This document shows positions 10,410 to 22,264 of a stretch of 43,860 nucleotides of DNA, in pieces. The notes under the pieces were generated by a model, which was not told the origin of the DNA, did no database searches, and saw only the letters and a list, made by a program, of their open reading frames with translations. Location: NCBI GenBank assembly GCA_045593125.1, contig JAZNWB010000051.1, positions 1 to 43,860 of the forward strand, written 5' to 3'. Within the stretch, counting starts at the first letter, position 1. Every line of letters begins with the position of its first letter. Position numbers and translations under genes: made by a program. The DNA is from Congzhengia sp. (GTDB lineage: Bacteria; Bacillota; Clostridia; UBA1381; UBA9506).

Positions 10410-10449
10410 AAAAAAATAAACTCCCGAAAATCCGAGAGTTTATTTTTTT
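10410..10449 (-). terminator. Intrinsic terminator of the pur operon
   Basis: Minus strand AAACTCTCGG-ATTT-TCGGGAGTTT followed by ATTTTTTT, just after the purL stop. Confidence 0.8.
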
Positions 10450-10454
10450 ATATT

Positions 10455-13400
10455 TTATTCGTAGTATTTTTTAGCTGATGTAAAGAGATTCATTTCAAAT
10501 GTTCCCTCTACATTCTTATAAAGATTTGCACCAATACGCTCACTATGTCCCATCTTACCAAATACTCTGCCGTCGGGGGATAAGATACCCTCAATAGCGT
10601 AGTCTGAGTTGTTGGGATTAAACTGTACATCGTTTGTGGGATTACCATCTAAATCCACGTACTGCGTTGCAATCTGTCCGTTTTCAGCCAGCTTTTTGAT
10701 TAAGTCATCTGGTGCTATAAATCTGCCCTCGCCGTGTGAAATCGGAACTGTGTATATTTCGCCGGGTTGTGTTCCCATTAACCAGGGAGATTTGTTTGAC
10801 GCAACCTTTGTTCTGACTAATCTTGACTGGTGGCGGCTGATTGTATTGAATGTCAGTGTGGGGTCTGTATCCTTAGTATCAATGATTTCACCGTAAGGTA
10901 CAAGACCGAGCTTTATCAGTGCCTGGAAGCCATTACAGATACCGCACATAAGTCCGTCGCGGTTTTTGAGTAAATCATGGACTGCGTCTTTGATTTTTGC
11001 GTTTCTGAAGAAGGCTGTAATAAACTTACCTGAACCGTCAGGCTCGTCACCGCCTGAAAAACCTCCCGGGATAAAGATTATCTGTGAATCTTCAAGCTTC
11101 TTTGCAAAGTAGTCAACAGATTCCGTGATTCCTGCAGCTGTCAGGTTTTTGATAACGATAATCTCAGGGTCAAGTCCTGCTCGAGCTGCAGCTTTGGCTG
11201 AATCGTATTCGCAGTTTGTACCAGGGAATACGGGAATCAGAACCTTGGGCTTTGAAACCTTGATTTTAGAGGGTGCAACTGTTGCTGCGGGGTATGCAAG
11301 GTCAGGGAGAGTCTTTATTTCTTTTGTGATATTGCAGGAATACACAGGTTCTAATTTGTTCTCGTAAATTTCTAAGAGTTCACACAAGCAAAGCTCTGTA
11401 TCCTTATAGGATATTGTCTTTTCTTCTGTTGTTGTACCCAATGCTATACCTAAATCAATGTCTTCTGCAAGCTCTAAAACAAATGCACCGTAGCGGTATG
11501 AGAAGATGTCAGCATAATCAACTGTATCTGCGTACTTAAAGCCTAATTTATTACCGAAGCACATCTTCATAACTGCCTCAGCTACACCACCATAGGTGGG
11601 TGTGTATGCAGCAAGTATCTTGCCCTCACGAACGAGTTTTGCCACAGTTGCGTAAATTTCTTTTACGCTTGCAGCAACAGGCAGGCCGTTTTTGTCGTAG
11701 TCGGGTTTAACCAATACAACTTTGCTTCCTGATTTTTTGAATTCAGGAGATATGATATTGTTGATATTATCTGTTGTAACGGCGAAGGATACCAGTGTGG
11801 GTGGAACATCGATATCTTCAAACGAGCCACTCATTGAGTCCTTGCCGCCAATTGATGCAATTTCATAATCCATCTGAGCTTTGAATGCACCAAGTAAAGC
11901 TGATAAGGGTTTACCCCAGCGCTTGCCATCCTTTAATGGTTTTTCAAAGTATTCCTGGAATGTGAGGTATACTTCATTAAAATCTGCACCTGTTGCAATC
12001 AGTTTTGAAACTGATTCTACAACTGCCAAATATGCACTGTGGTAGGGGCTCTTTTCAGCAATAAAGGGATTGTAACCCCAAGCCATTAGAGATACTGTTG
12101 TTGTGTCTTTCTTTTCAACAGAAACCTTATTTACCATAGCCTGAACAGGCGTTAACTGATGCTTGCCACCGAAAGGCATAAGTACTGAGCCTGCACCGAT
12201 TGTTGAGTCGAAACGCTCAGACAATCCTCTCTTTGAGCAGATATTTAAGTCATCTGCAATCTTTTTATATTCTGCAGCAAAATCTGTTCCGTAGTCCTTT
12301 TTAAATGTGTCAGGTGCAACGGGAGCAATATCAATATGCTTTTCTGCACCGTTTGAGTTTAAGAATTCGCGTGAAATATCGCATATTTTCTTGCCGTTCC
12401 ATGTCATGGTAAGGCGAGCATCTTCTTTAACTTTTGCAACAACTGTTGCTTCTAAGTTTTCAGCTGCTGCCAACGTCATAAATTTTTCTACATCTTTAGC
12501 TTCTACAACAACTGCCATTCTTTCCTGAGATTCAGAAATTGCAAGCTCTGTACCGTCTAATCCGTCATATTTTTTGGGAACTGCATTTAAGTCAATATCA
12601 AGGCCATCAGCAAGCTCGCCGATAGCAACTGATACGCCGCCTGCACCGAAGTCGTTACAACGCTTAATGAGGAGTGATGCTTCTTTATTTCTGAAAAGTC
12701 TCTGGAGTTTTCTTTCTTCAGGTGCGTTACCCTTCTGTACTTCTGCACCGCATTCGTCTAAAGACTCTAATGTATGTGATTTTGATGAGCCTGTTGCACC
12801 GCCGCAACCATCTCTACCTGTTCTGCCGCCGAGCAAGATTACCACATCACCGGGAGCAGGAACTTCACGGCGAACGTTTTCTGCGGGAGCAGCACCAACG
12901 ACTGCACCAATTTCCATACGTTTAGCCACATAGCCGTCGTGGTAGATTTCATCAACCTGACCTGTTGCTAAACCTATCTGGTTACCATATGAACTATAGC
13001 CTGCAGCTGCAGTTGTAACAAGTTTTCTCTGGGGGAGTTTACCCTTCATTGTTTCAGAAATTGGCTTTAAGGGATCGGCTGCACCTGTTACACGCATAGC
13101 AGAATATACGTATGCACGTCCTGATAGGGGGTCACGGATAGCACCGCCGATACAGGTTGCAGCACCACCAAAGGGTTCAATTTCTGTGGGGTGGTTATGG
13201 GTTTCGTTTTTAAATAAAAGCAACCATTTCTGGGTTTCGCCCTCAACGTCAACGTCGATTTTTACTGTGCAGGCATTGATTTCTTCTGATTCGTCAATCT
13301 TAGGAAGCTTTCCGGCGGATTTTAAGAATCTTGTTGAAATTGTAGCCAAATCCATAAGGTTGATAGGCTTTGTTCTGCCTAATTTTTTACGGACTTCAAC

Positions 13401-14147
13401 ATATTCTTCGTATGTTTTCTGTAATAATTCGTCTTCGAATTTTACACTATCGATTGTGGTCAGGAAGGTTGTATGTCTGCAGTGGTCTGACCAGTATGTA
13501 TCAATCATTCTGATTTCTGTGATTGTGGGATCACGGTCTTCTTTTATAAAGTATTGCTGACAGAACTTGATATCGTCAATATCCATAGCAAGACCGTAAT
13601 CTTTTACGAAATCGGAAAGCCCCTTGTCATCTAACTTGGTAAAGCCAGAAAGTGTTGCAACACTTTCTGGGATTTCATAATCAGTCTTTAATGTAGCAAA
13701 TGTATCAAGTGTAGCTTCTCTTGATTCAACGGGGTTAATTACGTATTTTTTGAAAGCTTCAATATCGCTGTCTGTAAGCTCTCCCTCTAATACGTACACT
13801 TTAGCTGAGCGAACCACAGGACGCTCGCCCTGAGAGATAATCTGGATACACTGTGACGCAGAATCTGCTCTTTGGTCAAACTGTCCGGGAAGGTACTCTG
13901 TAGCGAAGACGTATGCACCATTGGAGTTTTTAACTGTATCAGTTGTGATATCTAGCTGAGGCTCAGAGAAAACTGTTTTAACGGCGTAGTCAAAAAGGTC
14001 TTTTTCGATATTTTCTACATCGTAGCGGTTTAAAAGGCGAACGCCTTTTAAATTTTTGATACCAAGGAGTGTAACTGCATCATTAAATAGTGCAGCGGCT
14101 TCATTGGCAAGTTCTTTTTTCTTTTCTACATATACTCTGTAAACCAT
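10455..14147 (-). CDS. purL: Phosphoribosylformylglycinamidine synthase, single-chain form
   Basis: DTYWSDHCRH, KNETHNHPTEIEPFGGAAT, DFGAGG, SESQERM; C-terminal glutaminase GICNGFQ and GHSER. Confidence 0.96.
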   Translation of the reverse strand: MVYRVYVEKKKELANEAAALFNDAVTLLGIKNLKGVRLLNRYDVENIEKDLFDYAVKTVFSEPQLDITTDTVKNSNGAYVFATEYLPGQFDQRADSASQCIQIISQGERPVVRSAKVYVLEGELTDSDIEAFKKYVINPVESREATLDTFATLKTDYEIPESVATLSGFTKLDDKGLSDFVKDYGLAMDIDDIKFCQQYFIKEDRDPTITEIRMIDTYWSDHCRHTTFLTTIDSVKFEDELLQKTYEEYVEVRKKLGRTKPINLMDLATISTRFLKSAGKLPKIDESEEINACTVKIDVDVEGETQKWLLLFKNETHNHPTEIEPFGGAATCIGGAIRDPLSGRAYVYSAMRVTGAADPLKPISETMKGKLPQRKLVTTAAAGYSSYGNQIGLATGQVDEIYHDGYVAKRMEIGAVVGAAPAENVRREVPAPGDVVILLGGRTGRDGCGGATGSSKSHTLESLDECGAEVQKGNAPEERKLQRLFRNKEASLLIKRCNDFGAGGVSVAIGELADGLDIDLNAVPKKYDGLDGTELAISESQERMAVVVEAKDVEKFMTLAAAENLEATVVAKVKEDARLTMTWNGKKICDISREFLNSNGAEKHIDIAPVAPDTFKKDYGTDFAAEYKKIADDLNICSKRGLSERFDSTIGAGSVLMPFGGKHQLTPVQAMVNKVSVEKKDTTTVSLMAWGYNPFIAEKSPYHSAYLAVVESVSKLIATGADFNEVYLTFQEYFEKPLKDGKRWGKPLSALLGAFKAQMDYEIASIGGKDSMSGSFEDIDVPPTLVSFAVTTDNINNIISPEFKKSGSKVVLVKPDYDKNGLPVAASVKEIYATVAKLVREGKILAAYTPTYGGVAEAVMKMCFGNKLGFKYADTVDYADIFSYRYGAFVLELAEDIDLGIALGTTTEEKTISYKDTELCLCELLEIYENKLEPVYSCNITKEIKTLPDLAYPAATVAPSKIKVSKPKVLIPVFPGTNCEYDSAKAAARAGLDPEIIVIKNLTAAGITESVDYFAKKLEDSQIIFIPGGFSGGDEPDGSGKFITAFFRNAKIKDAVHDLLKNRDGLMCGICNGFQALIKLGLVPYGEIIDTKDTDPTLTFNTISRHQSRLVRTKVASNKSPWLMGTQPGEIYTVPISHGEGRFIAPDDLIKKLAENGQIATQYVDLDGNPTNDVQFNPNNSDYAIEGILSPDGRVFGKMGHSERIGANLYKNVEGTFEMNLFTSAKKYYE

Positions 14148-14167
14148 ATTATTTAGCCTTTCTTTGA

Positions 14168-15433
14168 TTATTTTAAAGCTTCTAATGCACGTTTGCCGAT
14201 GTCATGGCGGTAAAAAGCGTTGTCAAAATGCACTTTTTCAACATTCTTATAAGCCTTGGCAAGTGCGTTTTCCAAATTGTCAGCAGTTGCTACAACGCCC
14301 AAAACTCTGCCGCCTGAGGTTAAGAGTTTGCCGTCAGAAAGTGTTGCTCCTGCAACAAAAACCTCTGCCTCACAATCGGGGTCTTTCGTGATTTCGAAGC
14401 CTTTTTCGTAGCCTTCAGGATAACCTTTTGATGCCATAACAACACACGCTGCAGCACCCTTTGAAAATTTAATGTCTAAATCAGCTAAGGTTTCTGACTC
14501 TACTGCTTTCATAATGGTCAAAAGGTCTGTTTCAAGCAAGGGGAGTACTACCTGTGTTTCGGGGTCGCCGAAACGGCAGTTGTATTCGATTACTTTGGGA
14601 CCATTAGGTGTAAGCATAAGACCGAAGTACAAACAACCCTTAAATTTTCTTCCCTCAGCATTCATTGCATTGATTGTGGGTAAGAAAATCTTTTCCATAC
14701 ATTCGCGAGCTACATCTTCTGTATAATAGGGGTTGGGAGCAATTGTGCCCATACCGCCTGTATTCAATCCCTTATCTCCGTCCAATGCTCTTTTGTGATC
14801 CATTGATGAAACCATGGGAACAACTACGTTACCATCTGTAAATGAAAGGACTGAAACCTCGGGGCCAGTCAAAAATTCTTCGATTACGATTCTTGAGCCT
14901 GATGCACCAAAAACCTTGTCTTCCATCATGGATTTAACTGCATCGAATGCGGCGTCCCTGGTTTCTGAAATAATTACGCCCTTGCCTAAAGCTAAACCGT
15001 CCGCCTTAATAACTGTGGGGATGGGAGCTGTTTCTAAGTATTTAAGTGCTTCTGCCATATCTGTAAATACTTCATACTCTGCTGTGGGTATGCCGTATTT
15101 TTTCATAAGGTTTTTAGAAAATACCTTACTGCCTTCGATTTCAGCAGCACATTTTCTAGGTCCGAAGCAGGGGATGCCGATTTCATTTAAAGCGTCAACT
15201 GCACCCAGTACTAACGGGTCATCGGGAGCAACTACGGCAAAGTCTATTCCCTTTTCCTTTGCAAATTCTACAATGGCAGAAATATCTTTTGCACCAATAT
15301 CAACACAAGTAGCATCCGCAGCAATACCGCCATTTCCGGGAAGTGCAAAAATTTCGGTAATTTCTTTATTTTCTTTTAATTTTTTGATTATTGTATGCTC
15401 GCGGCCACCGCCGCCTACAACCATTATTTTCAT
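14168..15433 (-). CDS. purD: Phosphoribosylamine-glycine ligase
   Basis: GGGGREH, KADGLALGKGV, NTGGMG, EYNCRFGDPETQ. Confidence 0.96.
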   Translation of the reverse strand: MKIMVVGGGGREHTIIKKLKENKEITEIFALPGNGGIAADATCVDIGAKDISAIVEFAKEKGIDFAVVAPDDPLVLGAVDALNEIGIPCFGPRKCAAEIEGSKVFSKNLMKKYGIPTAEYEVFTDMAEALKYLETAPIPTVIKADGLALGKGVIISETRDAAFDAVKSMMEDKVFGASGSRIVIEEFLTGPEVSVLSFTDGNVVVPMVSSMDHKRALDGDKGLNTGGMGTIAPNPYYTEDVARECMEKIFLPTINAMNAEGRKFKGCLYFGLMLTPNGPKVIEYNCRFGDPETQVVLPLLETDLLTIMKAVESETLADLDIKFSKGAAACVVMASKGYPEGYEKGFEITKDPDCEAEVFVAGATLSDGKLLTSGGRVLGVVATADNLENALAKAYKNVEKVHFDNAFYRHDIGKRALEALK

Positions 15434-15455
15434 AAAAAGTCTTTACCTTTCTGTA

Positions 15456-16694
15456 TTAGTAAATGGGGAAGTTTTCACAAAGTGCCATTACTTCTGCTGA
15501 TACCTTTTCTTTATTGCCCTCAAAGTCTTCAGCAACAAGTCTTATCCAATGAGCGATTTTCTTCATTTCTTCCTCACGGAAGCCTCTCGTTGTAACAGCA
15601 GGTGTACCGATTCTTACACCGCTTGTAACGAAAGGACTCTGGGGATCATTAGGGATAGTGTTTTTATTTGCTGTAATGTGAACCTCGTCTAAGCGGTGTT
15701 CCATTTCTTTACCTGTTAAGTTAAAGGGACGAAGGTCTAATAACATTAGGTGGTTATCCGTACCGCCTGAAACAATGTTAAAGCCTTCAGCAATTAAAGC
15801 CTCTGATAATGCCTTTGCATTTTTTATAACCTGAGCTTGATAATCACGGAATTCAGGCTTTAACGCCTCACCAAATGCTACTGCCTTTGCAGTAATAATG
15901 TGCATTAAAGGACCACCCTGAATACCGGGGAAGATTGCCTTATCAATTTGCTTTGCAAGCTCTTCCTTGCACAAGATAAGACCACCACGGGGTCCGCGGA
16001 GTGTCTTATGAGTTGTTGTGGTAACAACATCAGCGTAAGGAACAGGACTGGGATGTAAGCCTGCTGCCACTAAGCCTGCAATGTGTGCAATATCTACCAT
16101 CATATATGCACCAACTTCATCACAGATTTTGCGGATCCGCTCAAAATCAATTGTTCGAGAATAAGCTGACGCTCCTGATACGATTAATTTGGGTTTGCAC
16201 TCTTTTGCAATTCTTTCCATTTCGTCGTAGTCAATCATACCGGTTTCGTCGTCTACACCATAAGGAACGATGTTGAAGTATTTGCCTGAAATGTTTACAG
16301 GGCTGCCATGTGAAAGATGACCGCCGTGTGCAAGGTTCATACCCATTACTGTGTCACCGGGTGTTAAGAGTGCAAAAAACACTGCTAAATTTGCATTAGC
16401 TCCCGAATGGGGCTGAACGTTTGCATGCTCTGCACCAAAGAGCTTGCAGGCACGCTGTCTTGCGATTTCTTCAACTTCATCTACGTGTACGCAACCGCCG
16501 TAATAACGCTTGCCGGGATAACCCTCTGCGTATTTATTGGTTAAAACACCGCCTGCAGCAAGCAGCACTGCTTCTGATACGATGTTTTCTGATGCAATGA
16601 GTTCAATGTTGTGCTGCTGACGTTTTAATTCTCTGTCACACGCAGCATAGACTTCGCTATCGAAGTCATTTAATTTTTCGAAAAAGTTTGACAT
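15456..16694 (-). CDS. glyA: Serine hydroxymethyltransferase
   Basis: [37 protein letters not shown]. Confidence 0.97.
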   Translation of the reverse strand: MSNFFEKLNDFDSEVYAACDRELKRQQHNIELIASENIVSEAVLLAAGGVLTNKYAEGYPGKRYYGGCVHVDEVEEIARQRACKLFGAEHANVQPHSGANANLAVFFALLTPGDTVMGMNLAHGGHLSHGSPVNISGKYFNIVPYGVDDETGMIDYDEMERIAKECKPKLIVSGASAYSRTIDFERIRKICDEVGAYMMVDIAHIAGLVAAGLHPSPVPYADVVTTTTHKTLRGPRGGLILCKEELAKQIDKAIFPGIQGGPLMHIITAKAVAFGEALKPEFRDYQAQVIKNAKALSEALIAEGFNIVSGGTDNHLMLLDLRPFNLTGKEMEHRLDEVHITANKNTIPNDPQSPFVTSGVRIGTPAVTTRGFREEEMKKIAHWIRLVAEDFEGNKEKVSAEVMALCENFPIY

Positions 16695-16711
16695 TTTTAT
16701 CCTCCGATATC

Positions 16712-17899
16712 TTAGTGATGGAACAGGCGCATTTTTGTAAATGCCATTACCATACCGTGTTTATTACATGTTTCGATTACATTGTCATCACGGATTGAGC
16801 CTCCGGGTTGAGCGATATAAGTTACACCACTTTTAGCAGCTCTTTCTACGTTGTCACCAAAGGGGAAGAATGCGTCAGAACCTACTGAAACACCTGAAAT
16901 TGAATCTAAGTAAGCACGCTTTTCTTCTCTTGTAAATTCAGCAGGCTTTTCTGTAAAGTAGTGCTGCCACTTGCCATCAGCTAAAACGTCTTCTGAGTCT
17001 GTGTCCGAAATATATAAGTCAATGCAGTTATCTCTGTCGGCACGCTTTAAGTCATCACGGAAGGGAAGATTTAACACCTTGTCACTCTGGCGTAAGTGCC
17101 AGTTGTCGGCTTTTTGACCTGCTAAGCGGGTACAGTGGATTCTTGACTGCTGACCTGCACCTACACCAATTGCCTGACCGCCTACCGCAAAGCAAACAGA
17201 GTTTGACTGTGTGTATTTTAAAGTGATTAAAGAAACAATCAAATCACGTACAGCCTCATCGGGCAAGTTCTTGTTTTCTGTAACGATTTCTGATAATAAC
17301 TCTTTATTTATTTCAAAGTTGTTTCTGCCCTGTTCAAATGTAATGCCAAAAACCTGTTTTTTCTCAATGGGAGCAGGAACGAAGTCGGGGTCAACTTTAA
17401 TTACGTTGTATGCACCCTTTTTCTTGCCCTTTAAGATTTCTAAGGCTTCGTCGTCGTAATCAGGTGCGATAACACCGTCCGACACCTCTCGCGCGATGAT
17501 TTTGGCAGTTGTCACGTCGCACTTGTCTGAAAGTGCAATCCAGTCGCCGAAAGAACTCATTCTGTCTGTACCACGAGCACGAGCATAAGCTAAAGCTAGA
17601 GGAGAATCATCAAGTCCCTCGATATCGTCTACGAAGCAGGCTTTCTTTAATTTGTCACTCATTGGAAGACCTAAAGCCGCTGATGTGGGGGAAACGTGTT
17701 TAAATGATGTAGCACAGGGAATACCTAAAGCTTCTTTCAAATCACGAACCAGCTGCCAACTATTAAATGCATCTAAGAAGTTAATGTAACCGGGTCTGCC
17801 GTTTAAGATTTCTATGGGAAGTTCCGAGCCGTCCTCCATATAAATCTTTGAAGGCTTCTGATTAGGGTTACAGCCGTATTTTAATTCAAATTCTTTCAT
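16712..17899 (-). CDS. purH: AICAR transformylase, monofunctional (lacks the IMP cyclohydrolase domain)
   Basis: Starts at LKYGCNPNQ; [36 protein letters not shown]. Confidence 0.9.
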   Translation of the reverse strand: MKEFELKYGCNPNQKPSKIYMEDGSELPIEILNGRPGYINFLDAFNSWQLVRDLKEALGIPCATSFKHVSPTSAALGLPMSDKLKKACFVDDIEGLDDSPLALAYARARGTDRMSSFGDWIALSDKCDVTTAKIIAREVSDGVIAPDYDDEALEILKGKKKGAYNVIKVDPDFVPAPIEKKQVFGITFEQGRNNFEINKELLSEIVTENKNLPDEAVRDLIVSLITLKYTQSNSVCFAVGGQAIGVGAGQQSRIHCTRLAGQKADNWHLRQSDKVLNLPFRDDLKRADRDNCIDLYISDTDSEDVLADGKWQHYFTEKPAEFTREEKRAYLDSISGVSVGSDAFFPFGDNVERAAKSGVTYIAQPGGSIRDDNVIETCNKHGMVMAFTKMRLFHH

Positions 17900-18621
17900 C
17901 AGCCGATTTCCTTTCCGTTTATCATTCTGTTTTCTGTTGCGCCTGTTGCCAAATCAATATAGCGAACATACAGAGAAATCTTGTTGTCCTTATTTAGGCT
18001 TGTCCATATCATATCGCAAAAAGCATCAATATCATCCAAAATTGCTACTCGTTCAGGTTCCCCTGTGAATGTGGGGATTGGGTTGCCGTCACAGTTATAG
18101 GTGTGGATGAAATGACCAAGGCCTGCTATTGAATTATAGCAGTATGTGTATCTGTTACAAGCAGAACCTGTCTCATCTGCACTCTTTAGTATACTCATTT
18201 TGTAAGTGTATGAATCTGCGAACGTGAGCATAGCTGAAATTCTGGGTGTGAAGTTAGGAGCGTCTGGCTCAAACTCACGAGTTTCGAGTGCTTCTTCAAA
18301 GGTTTTGCCGCTCTTTATAAAGTCATACACTGTGTCCGTCTGGTCGCCGTTTGTAACAATTGTTTTGTTCTCCCAAACCTTGATGGGTGAGTATATGATT
18401 AATGAGGGGTCTTCCACTTTGCTTGGGTCGTGGGGGTAGATTGTAACGTTTTTGCCCTCTTCTTTAAAAATTCTGTTTCTTGAGTTTTCACTTCTGCCCA
18501 TGATAAAGTAGGCAATAGCAGCATGTGTGCCGTCGGGTGTCATACCCACAACAATACCACGGCCAGGGTATGTGTTATTTGCTAAAATGTCAGCAAGACT
18601 GTCAATTTTATATACGTTCAT
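17899..18621 (-). CDS. IMP cyclohydrolase-like protein (PurO-like fold)
   Basis: YPGRGIVVG, YFIMGRSENSRNR, VTNGDQTD, FEPDAPNFTPRIS; sits beside the truncated purH. Confidence 0.82.
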   Translation of the reverse strand: MNVYKIDSLADILANNTYPGRGIVVGMTPDGTHAAIAYFIMGRSENSRNRIFKEEGKNVTIYPHDPSKVEDPSLIIYSPIKVWENKTIVTNGDQTDTVYDFIKSGKTFEEALETREFEPDAPNFTPRISAMLTFADSYTYKMSILKSADETGSACNRYTYCYNSIAGLGHFIHTYNCDGNPIPTFTGEPERVAILDDIDAFCDMIWTSLNKDNKISLYVRYIDLATGATENRMINGKEIG

Positions 18622-18625
18622 TACA

Positions 18626-19219
18626 TTACTCCTTAATGTATTTTTGTGAAATCATTTCGCAAGCTTCAGGAAGTATAATCCACTCCGCCTGTTCCATTAC
18701 ACGTTTTTGTAAAATCTCGGGGGTGTCGCCCGCCTCAATATAAACTGCTTTTTGCATTATGATATCACCGCCGTCGGGGATTTCATTTACAAAATGGACA
18801 GTTGCACCTGTTACTTTAACGCCGTATCTTAAAGCTTCTTCGTGTACCTTTAAGCCATAAAAGCCTTTTCCGCAAAATGACGGAATCAATGATGGGTGCA
18901 CATTTATAATTCTGTTTTCAAAAGTTTTGGTAAAGTCACCACTTAAAATTTTCATAAAGCCTGCAAGGACAATTATGTCGATTTTGTTGTCCTTTAAGGT
19001 CTTTATAAGCTGTGCTTCAAAGTCGGGTGATTTTGAAGGAATATAAGCTGTGGCAATGTTATTATTTTTTGCACGTTCCAGAGCATAGGCGGACTCAACA
19101 TTTGAAACCACCAAAGCAATTTCACCGCTTTTTATAATGCCGGACTTTTGGGCATCAATTAAAGCCTGCAAGTTTGTGCCGCCGCCTGATACTAAAACCG
19201 CAATTCTTGCCTTTACCAT
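18626..19219 (-). CDS. purN: Phosphoribosylglycinamide formyltransferase
   Basis: [33 protein letters not shown]. Confidence 0.96.
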   Translation of the reverse strand: MVKARIAVLVSGGGTNLQALIDAQKSGIIKSGEIALVVSNVESAYALERAKNNNIATAYIPSKSPDFEAQLIKTLKDNKIDIIVLAGFMKILSGDFTKTFENRIINVHPSLIPSFCGKGFYGLKVHEEALRYGVKVTGATVHFVNEIPDGGDIIMQKAVYIEAGDTPEILQKRVMEQAEWIILPEACEMISQKYIKE

Positions 19220-20256
19220 AAGATTACACCTTCTGAATCTTTAATAACCTCGCCTAAAATATAAGCATCTTCACCATTGGCTCTTAAGATTTCTAACGCT
19301 TTTTCTGCATCTTCTTTTGCAACAACAACGCTCATACCAACGCCCATGTTAAAGGTGTTGAACATATCACGTTCGGGGATGTTGCCCGCTTCTGCCAAGA
19401 GCTTAAAGATAGGAAGAACGCGAACATCTGACTTTTTAATTTTAGCAGAATATCCTTCGGGAAGTGATCTCGGAATGTTTTCGTAGAAGCCACCGCCTGT
19501 GATGTGAGATACAGCCTTTACTGTAACTTCATCAAAGAGTGCAAGCATGGGCTTTACATAAATCTTTGTGGGTGTAAGTAAGGTTTCGCCGATTGATTTA
19601 CCGCCGAGTGCTTCAACGGGAGATTTGATATCAGCCTTTTCTACATCAAATACCTTACGAACAAGGGAAAAACCATTTGAGTGAACACCTGAAGAGGGGA
19701 GTGCAATTATTACATCGCCCTCGGCAACTGTTTTATTGTTTACAATTTTTTCTTTATCAACTATACCTACAGAGAAACCTGCAAGGTCATATTCGTCAAT
19801 GGGATAAAATCCTGGCATTTCTGCTGTTTCGCCGCCGATTAATGCAGCACCTGACTGAACGCAGCCCTCGGCTACGCCTGCAACGATATCTGCGATTTTT
19901 TCAGGAACGTTTTTGCCGCAGGCAATGTAGTCCAAGAAGAACAAGGGTTTTGCACCGCAGCAGATAATGTCGTTTACACACATTGCAACGCAGTCGATAC
20001 CAACTGAGTCATGCTTGTCCAATAAGAAGGCAAGCTTTAACTTTGTACCTACACCGTCTGTGCCAGAAACTAAAACGGGTTCTTTCATTCCTGAAATATT
20101 GGGTAAGAAAAGACCGCCAAAACCGCCGATGTCTGTCATAACACCTTCGTTCATTGTTCTTTCTACGTGTTTTTTCATAAGTTTTACAGCATTGTAGCCT
20201 GCAGTAATGTCAACTCCCGCTGCTGCGTAGCTGTCTGATTTTGAATTAGAATGCAT
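19213..20256 (-). CDS. purM: AIR synthetase
   Basis: [40 protein letters not shown]; start moved to ATG 20256 after GAAAGG. Confidence 0.96.
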   Translation of the reverse strand: MHSNSKSDSYAAAGVDITAGYNAVKLMKKHVERTMNEGVMTDIGGFGGLFLPNISGMKEPVLVSGTDGVGTKLKLAFLLDKHDSVGIDCVAMCVNDIICCGAKPLFFLDYIACGKNVPEKIADIVAGVAEGCVQSGAALIGGETAEMPGFYPIDEYDLAGFSVGIVDKEKIVNNKTVAEGDVIIALPSSGVHSNGFSLVRKVFDVEKADIKSPVEALGGKSIGETLLTPTKIYVKPMLALFDEVTVKAVSHITGGGFYENIPRSLPEGYSAKIKKSDVRVLPIFKLLAEAGNIPERDMFNTFNMGVGMSVVVAKEDAEKALEILRANGEDAYILGEVIKDSEGVILW

Positions 20257-20304
20257 AATATTTCGTCCTTTCATTTAGGCATAAGAGAGTCAAACTCAAT
20301 ATGC

Positions 20305-21729
20305 TTATTCTTTTCCGTTCCAACAGTATGTGCAAAGCTTACATCTGTCGAGGCCTATTGCTTCTATAAGACCGTCTAACGACTGGAAGTCTAAGGATGC
20401 AAAGTTGAGTTTTTTGCATATTGCGTCCCTCAATGCTTTGCCGCGTTCGGTTGAACTGTCGCTATATTCGTCCAGGTGGTTAAGACCTTCCTCGCCTTCA
20501 AGCTCTAAAACTGTGCGTCTTGCGATTAAATCAGTTTCGTTCTTGACGTTTGTAAAATCAAGGTACTTACACTTGTGCATTATCGGGGGACAAGCGGAAC
20601 GCATATGAACCTCTTTTGCTCCGTTGTCGTAGAGGAAGTCTACCGTTTCTTTTAACTGTGTACCGCGAACTATTGAGTCGTCAACAAAAAGCAGTTTTTT
20701 GTTCTCGATTAGCTCGTGTACAGGAATTTGTTTCATCTTTGCTATTTTATTTCTGTCCGCCTGACTTGGAGGCAAGAAACTTCTTGGCCAGGTGGGGGTA
20801 TACTTAATAAAAGGCCTTGCAAAGGGAACACTTGATTCATTGGCATATCCTATTGCGTGTGGTGTGCCTGAATCAGGGACGCCGCTTACATAGTCTAAGT
20901 CTTCTGTATTTTTTAAAGCTTTATCATTGCGTGCCATAATGTGACCATTTCTGCATCTCATTACCTCCACATTAATGCCCTCGTAGTTTGAGGTGGGGTA
21001 GCCATAATAGCTCCAGAGAAATGCACAGATTTTCATTTCTGCCTCAGGAGGGGAAAGCTGTGTGAGTGATTCGGCTGTGAGTTCTACAATTTCGCCCGGT
21101 CCCAATTCTTTATAGTCATCGTAATCAAGTTTTCTGTAAGCGAATGATTCAAAGGAAACCGCAAAGCCCTCGTCGTTTTTGCCTATCTGAACGGGATGTC
21201 TGCCAAATTTGTCACGGGCAGCAATAATATTGCCATTGTTCTTTAATATGAGAATTGAGGCTGAACCTACAATAACGCTCTGTGCAAACTTTATACCGTC
21301 AACAAAATTGTTTTTCTGGTTAATAAGGGATGCCACAAGCTCAACTGAATTTACCTTACCGCCTGTCATTACTCCGAAGTGTCCGCCGTCGGTTAATAAA
21401 TATTTCTCGATTAACTCCTCTGCGTTGTTCACTATGCCCACAAGTGCTATAGCATATGTTCCGACATTAGAACGGATTAAAAGAGGCTGTGGGTCATTGC
21501 CACTGATACAACCTATTGCAGAATTCCCGTGCATGTCGTCAAATACGTCGTGAAATTTTGTACGAAAAGGTGTGTTTTCTATATTGTGGATATCACGCTG
21601 AAGACCAATGTTTTCATCATACGCCGCGATACCGCCTCGTTTTGTTCCTAAGTGTGAGTGGTAGTCAGTTCCAAAATAAACATCGCCTATGGCACTGTGT
21701 TTGCTGACTGCTCCAAAAAAACCGCCCAT
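20305..21729 (-). CDS. purF: Amidophosphoribosyltransferase, variant without N-terminal Cys
   Basis: GVPDSG, LLFVDDSIVRGT PRPP motif, C-terminal CKLCTYC; N-terminus MGGFFG. Confidence 0.88.
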   Translation of the reverse strand: MGGFFGAVSKHSAIGDVYFGTDYHSHLGTKRGGIAAYDENIGLQRDIHNIENTPFRTKFHDVFDDMHGNSAIGCISGNDPQPLLIRSNVGTYAIALVGIVNNAEELIEKYLLTDGGHFGVMTGGKVNSVELVASLINQKNNFVDGIKFAQSVIVGSASILILKNNGNIIAARDKFGRHPVQIGKNDEGFAVSFESFAYRKLDYDDYKELGPGEIVELTAESLTQLSPPEAEMKICAFLWSYYGYPTSNYEGINVEVMRCRNGHIMARNDKALKNTEDLDYVSGVPDSGTPHAIGYANESSVPFARPFIKYTPTWPRSFLPPSQADRNKIAKMKQIPVHELIENKKLLFVDDSIVRGTQLKETVDFLYDNGAKEVHMRSACPPIMHKCKYLDFTNVKNETDLIARRTVLELEGEEGLNHLDEYSDSSTERGKALRDAICKKLNFASLDFQSLDGLIEAIGLDRCKLCTYCWNGKE

Positions 21730-21749
21730 GGGGTTTGCTCCTTTCGGGA

Positions 21750-22244
21750 TTAGTTGTTATATTTTTCTGCTATTTCTTTATTTTTTGCTAAAACTTTCTC
21801 TGCGCCTGTTTTGCGCTGTGCGTCGAGCTTTTCAGCTAAATTTTTATCTTCTACTGCTAAAATTTGAATAGCGAGTAATGCTGCATTTCCTGCACCATTG
21901 ATTGCGACAGTCGCAACAGGAATGCCTGTGGGCATCTGTACTGTTGAAAGCAGTGCGTCCATACCATCTAAGTTTGAAGACTTAACAGGAATGCCGATAA
22001 CGGGTAATGTGGTGTTTGCTGCAATTGCACCAGCCAAGTGTGCTGCCATGCCTGCTGCACAAATTAATGCACCATAGCCGTTTTCTCTTGCGTTTACTGC
22101 TAAATCATGTGCCTCGGCGGGTGTTCTGTGTGCAGACAGTACGTGTACCGTGTAGGGCACGTCAAAATCGGCTAACATATTTATTGCTTTTTCAACAACG
22201 GGTAAGTCGCTGTCGCTTCCCATAATTATTGCTACTTTTTTCAT
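21750..22244 (-). CDS. purE: N5-CAIR mutase
   Basis: [38 protein letters not shown]; ATG 22244 after GAAAGGT. Confidence 0.96.
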   Translation of the reverse strand: MKKVAIIMGSDSDLPVVEKAINMLADFDVPYTVHVLSAHRTPAEAHDLAVNARENGYGALICAAGMAAHLAGAIAANTTLPVIGIPVKSSNLDGMDALLSTVQMPTGIPVATVAINGAGNAALLAIQILAVEDKNLAEKLDAQRKTGAEKVLAKNKEIAEKYNN

Positions 22245-22264
22245 AATATCATACCTTTCATCTG

